Shown: positions 62,986 to 64,000 of the stretch, in pieces
Layout: each line of letters begins with the position of its first letter
How positions within the stretch are numbered: the first letter of the stretch is position 1
Origin: Pseudogymnoascus verrucosus
Taxonomy: Eukaryota
Length of the DNA: 64,000 nt
Assembly (NCBI GenBank): GCA_001662655.1
Contig: KV460211.1
Reading direction: 5' to 3' (one strand)
Made by a program: the position numbers and the translations under genes
Notes under the pieces: model-generated
Seen by the model: only the letters and a program-made list of their open reading frames with translations
The model's database searches: none
Told to the model about the DNA's origin: nothing

Positions 62986-64000
62986 ATGCACTTCATTCGC
63001 CTCGTTCTTGTCGCCGTCGGCGCAGCACGCCTGTCGTTGGCGGTGGCCACTTCTCGTTCGGGGCTGCTCCAACGGGCCGACACACAGCAATCCATCTACA
63101 GCGCCAGCCCACCCGCCCCCCCTGCGCCCGAAGATATCACCGTTATTGAGCTGCCGCTGCCCCCCGTAGCTCCCAACAATGTCATTGGCTCTTGCACCAA
63201 AGTCATAAACTCTCGCGGCACCGGCTGCATCGGCAAGGTTACAGGACTCGGCTCTGGCAACTTCCTGCCCGACAACAAACATGTCGTCGCATCCGTCATC
63301 TTTACCGGCGCACCAGCGGCCCCTGATCCTCGAAGTATCTACACGGGCCTACAGCTGATCATTGTCAAGGCCGACAAGACCACCTTTCCAAATGGCGATC
63401 CCTGGAAATGCATCACGTGTGGCATGCCTCCCGCGAACCAACTGGGTCGTGTGGATCTCATGGACTATCCCCAGGCATTCAGCGATGGCAAGCGTGTTTT
63501 GGCGGGTCCACAGGTTATCGACTGCAGCCCCTTTCAGCTGTCTAGCAAGAAGTGCACTCCCGATGTGACGCACATCTACCCAATCCGCTGGAATACATCC
63601 CCAACTGGCGACGGCGCTGGCGGGTCCATACGTGAGCTACGCTTGCATCCCGAGGACAACCACTTGGGCTTCAACTCTCTGGCCATCGGCAGCGATGGCA
63701 GCGTTTCGCAGGCGGCATACATTGGCCGCTTTGTGTTCAACAAGGCGCCTACCATTGGAACTCCACTCTCAGCCCGCTACGATCTTAGCAATGTCACGGC
63801 CCTTATAGACCCTCAGGAACGAGCCCAGATTTATGTTGAGGGTAACGAACTCAAGATCAATCAGAGTGCTATTGGCATTGGGGAGCTAAGGGGCTTTAGT
63901 GGAAGTGGTCAAGAGGTTACATACATAGGAGCACCAACCGAGTCGTGCAACATCGACGTCTATGCCATACACCTGATCACGGGAAAGATCCGCCGCCTAA
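62986..64000 (+). CDS. Secreted saponin hydrolase-like protein (partial, runs off the window)
   Basis: Open frame from the ATG at 62986 to the window end, absent from the ORF track: signal peptide, PPAPEDITVIELPLPP, NSRGTGCI, FTGAPAAPDPRSIYTG, TFPNGDPWKCITCG, DYPQAFSDGKR, RELRLHP, GELRGFSGSG. Matches my recollection of the fungal soyasaponin hydrolase (Sdn1-like) family. Confidence 0.75.
   Translation, partial: MHFIRLVLVAVGAARLSLAVATSRSGLLQRADTQQSIYSASPPAPPAPEDITVIELPLPPVAPNNVIGSCTKVINSRGTGCIGKVTGLGSGNFLPDNKHVVASVIFTGAPAAPDPRSIYTGLQLIIVKADKTTFPNGDPWKCITCGMPPANQLGRVDLMDYPQAFSDGKRVLAGPQVIDCSPFQLSSKKCTPDVTHIYPIRWNTSPTGDGAGGSIRELRLHPEDNHLGFNSLAIGSDGSVSQAAYIGRFVFNKAPTIGTPLSARYDLSNVTALIDPQERAQIYVEGNELKINQSAIGIGELRGFSGSGQEVTYIGAPTESCNIDVYAIHLITGKIRRL

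Overview
This is eukaryotic DNA from a filamentous ascomycete: it has GT-AG introns with CTAAC/CTGAC branch points, Zn2Cys6 factors and DUF3328. A Leotiomycete such as Pseudogymnoascus is a guess only. All product calls come from motif recognition by eye, with no database searches. Layout: (1) Conserved housekeeping genes at 2.4-10 kb: VAM7, BIM1/EB1 and NTO1. (2) An accessory block at 10.8-18 kb containing the best candidate for an undescribed system, a compact dikaritin-type fungal RiPP locus. It has a secreted Kex2-repeat precursor with four Pro-rich, Trp-containing cores plus a decayed fifth, and an intact 4-exon DUF3328/UstYa oxidase with two HxxHC motifs. Between them lies a prolyl-4-hydroxylase-like 2OG-Fe(II) pseudogene that the ORF track shows only as a fragment. 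A GNAT and a GH3 flank the locus. (3) A GPI-type Cys-rich protein, a Myb-like factor, about 6 kb of low-complexity intergenic DNA, a GH55 glucanase with an unusual repeat tail, and an internally deleted TPR-protein relic. (4) Three small metabolic modules, each with its own Zn2Cys6 factor: MBL hydrolase/isochorismatase/MATE; NCS1 permease/2OG oxygenase/adenine deaminase; and sugar porter/GH2/GH1/saponin hydrolase-like, the last with shared promoter motifs and tandem CreA-type sites.
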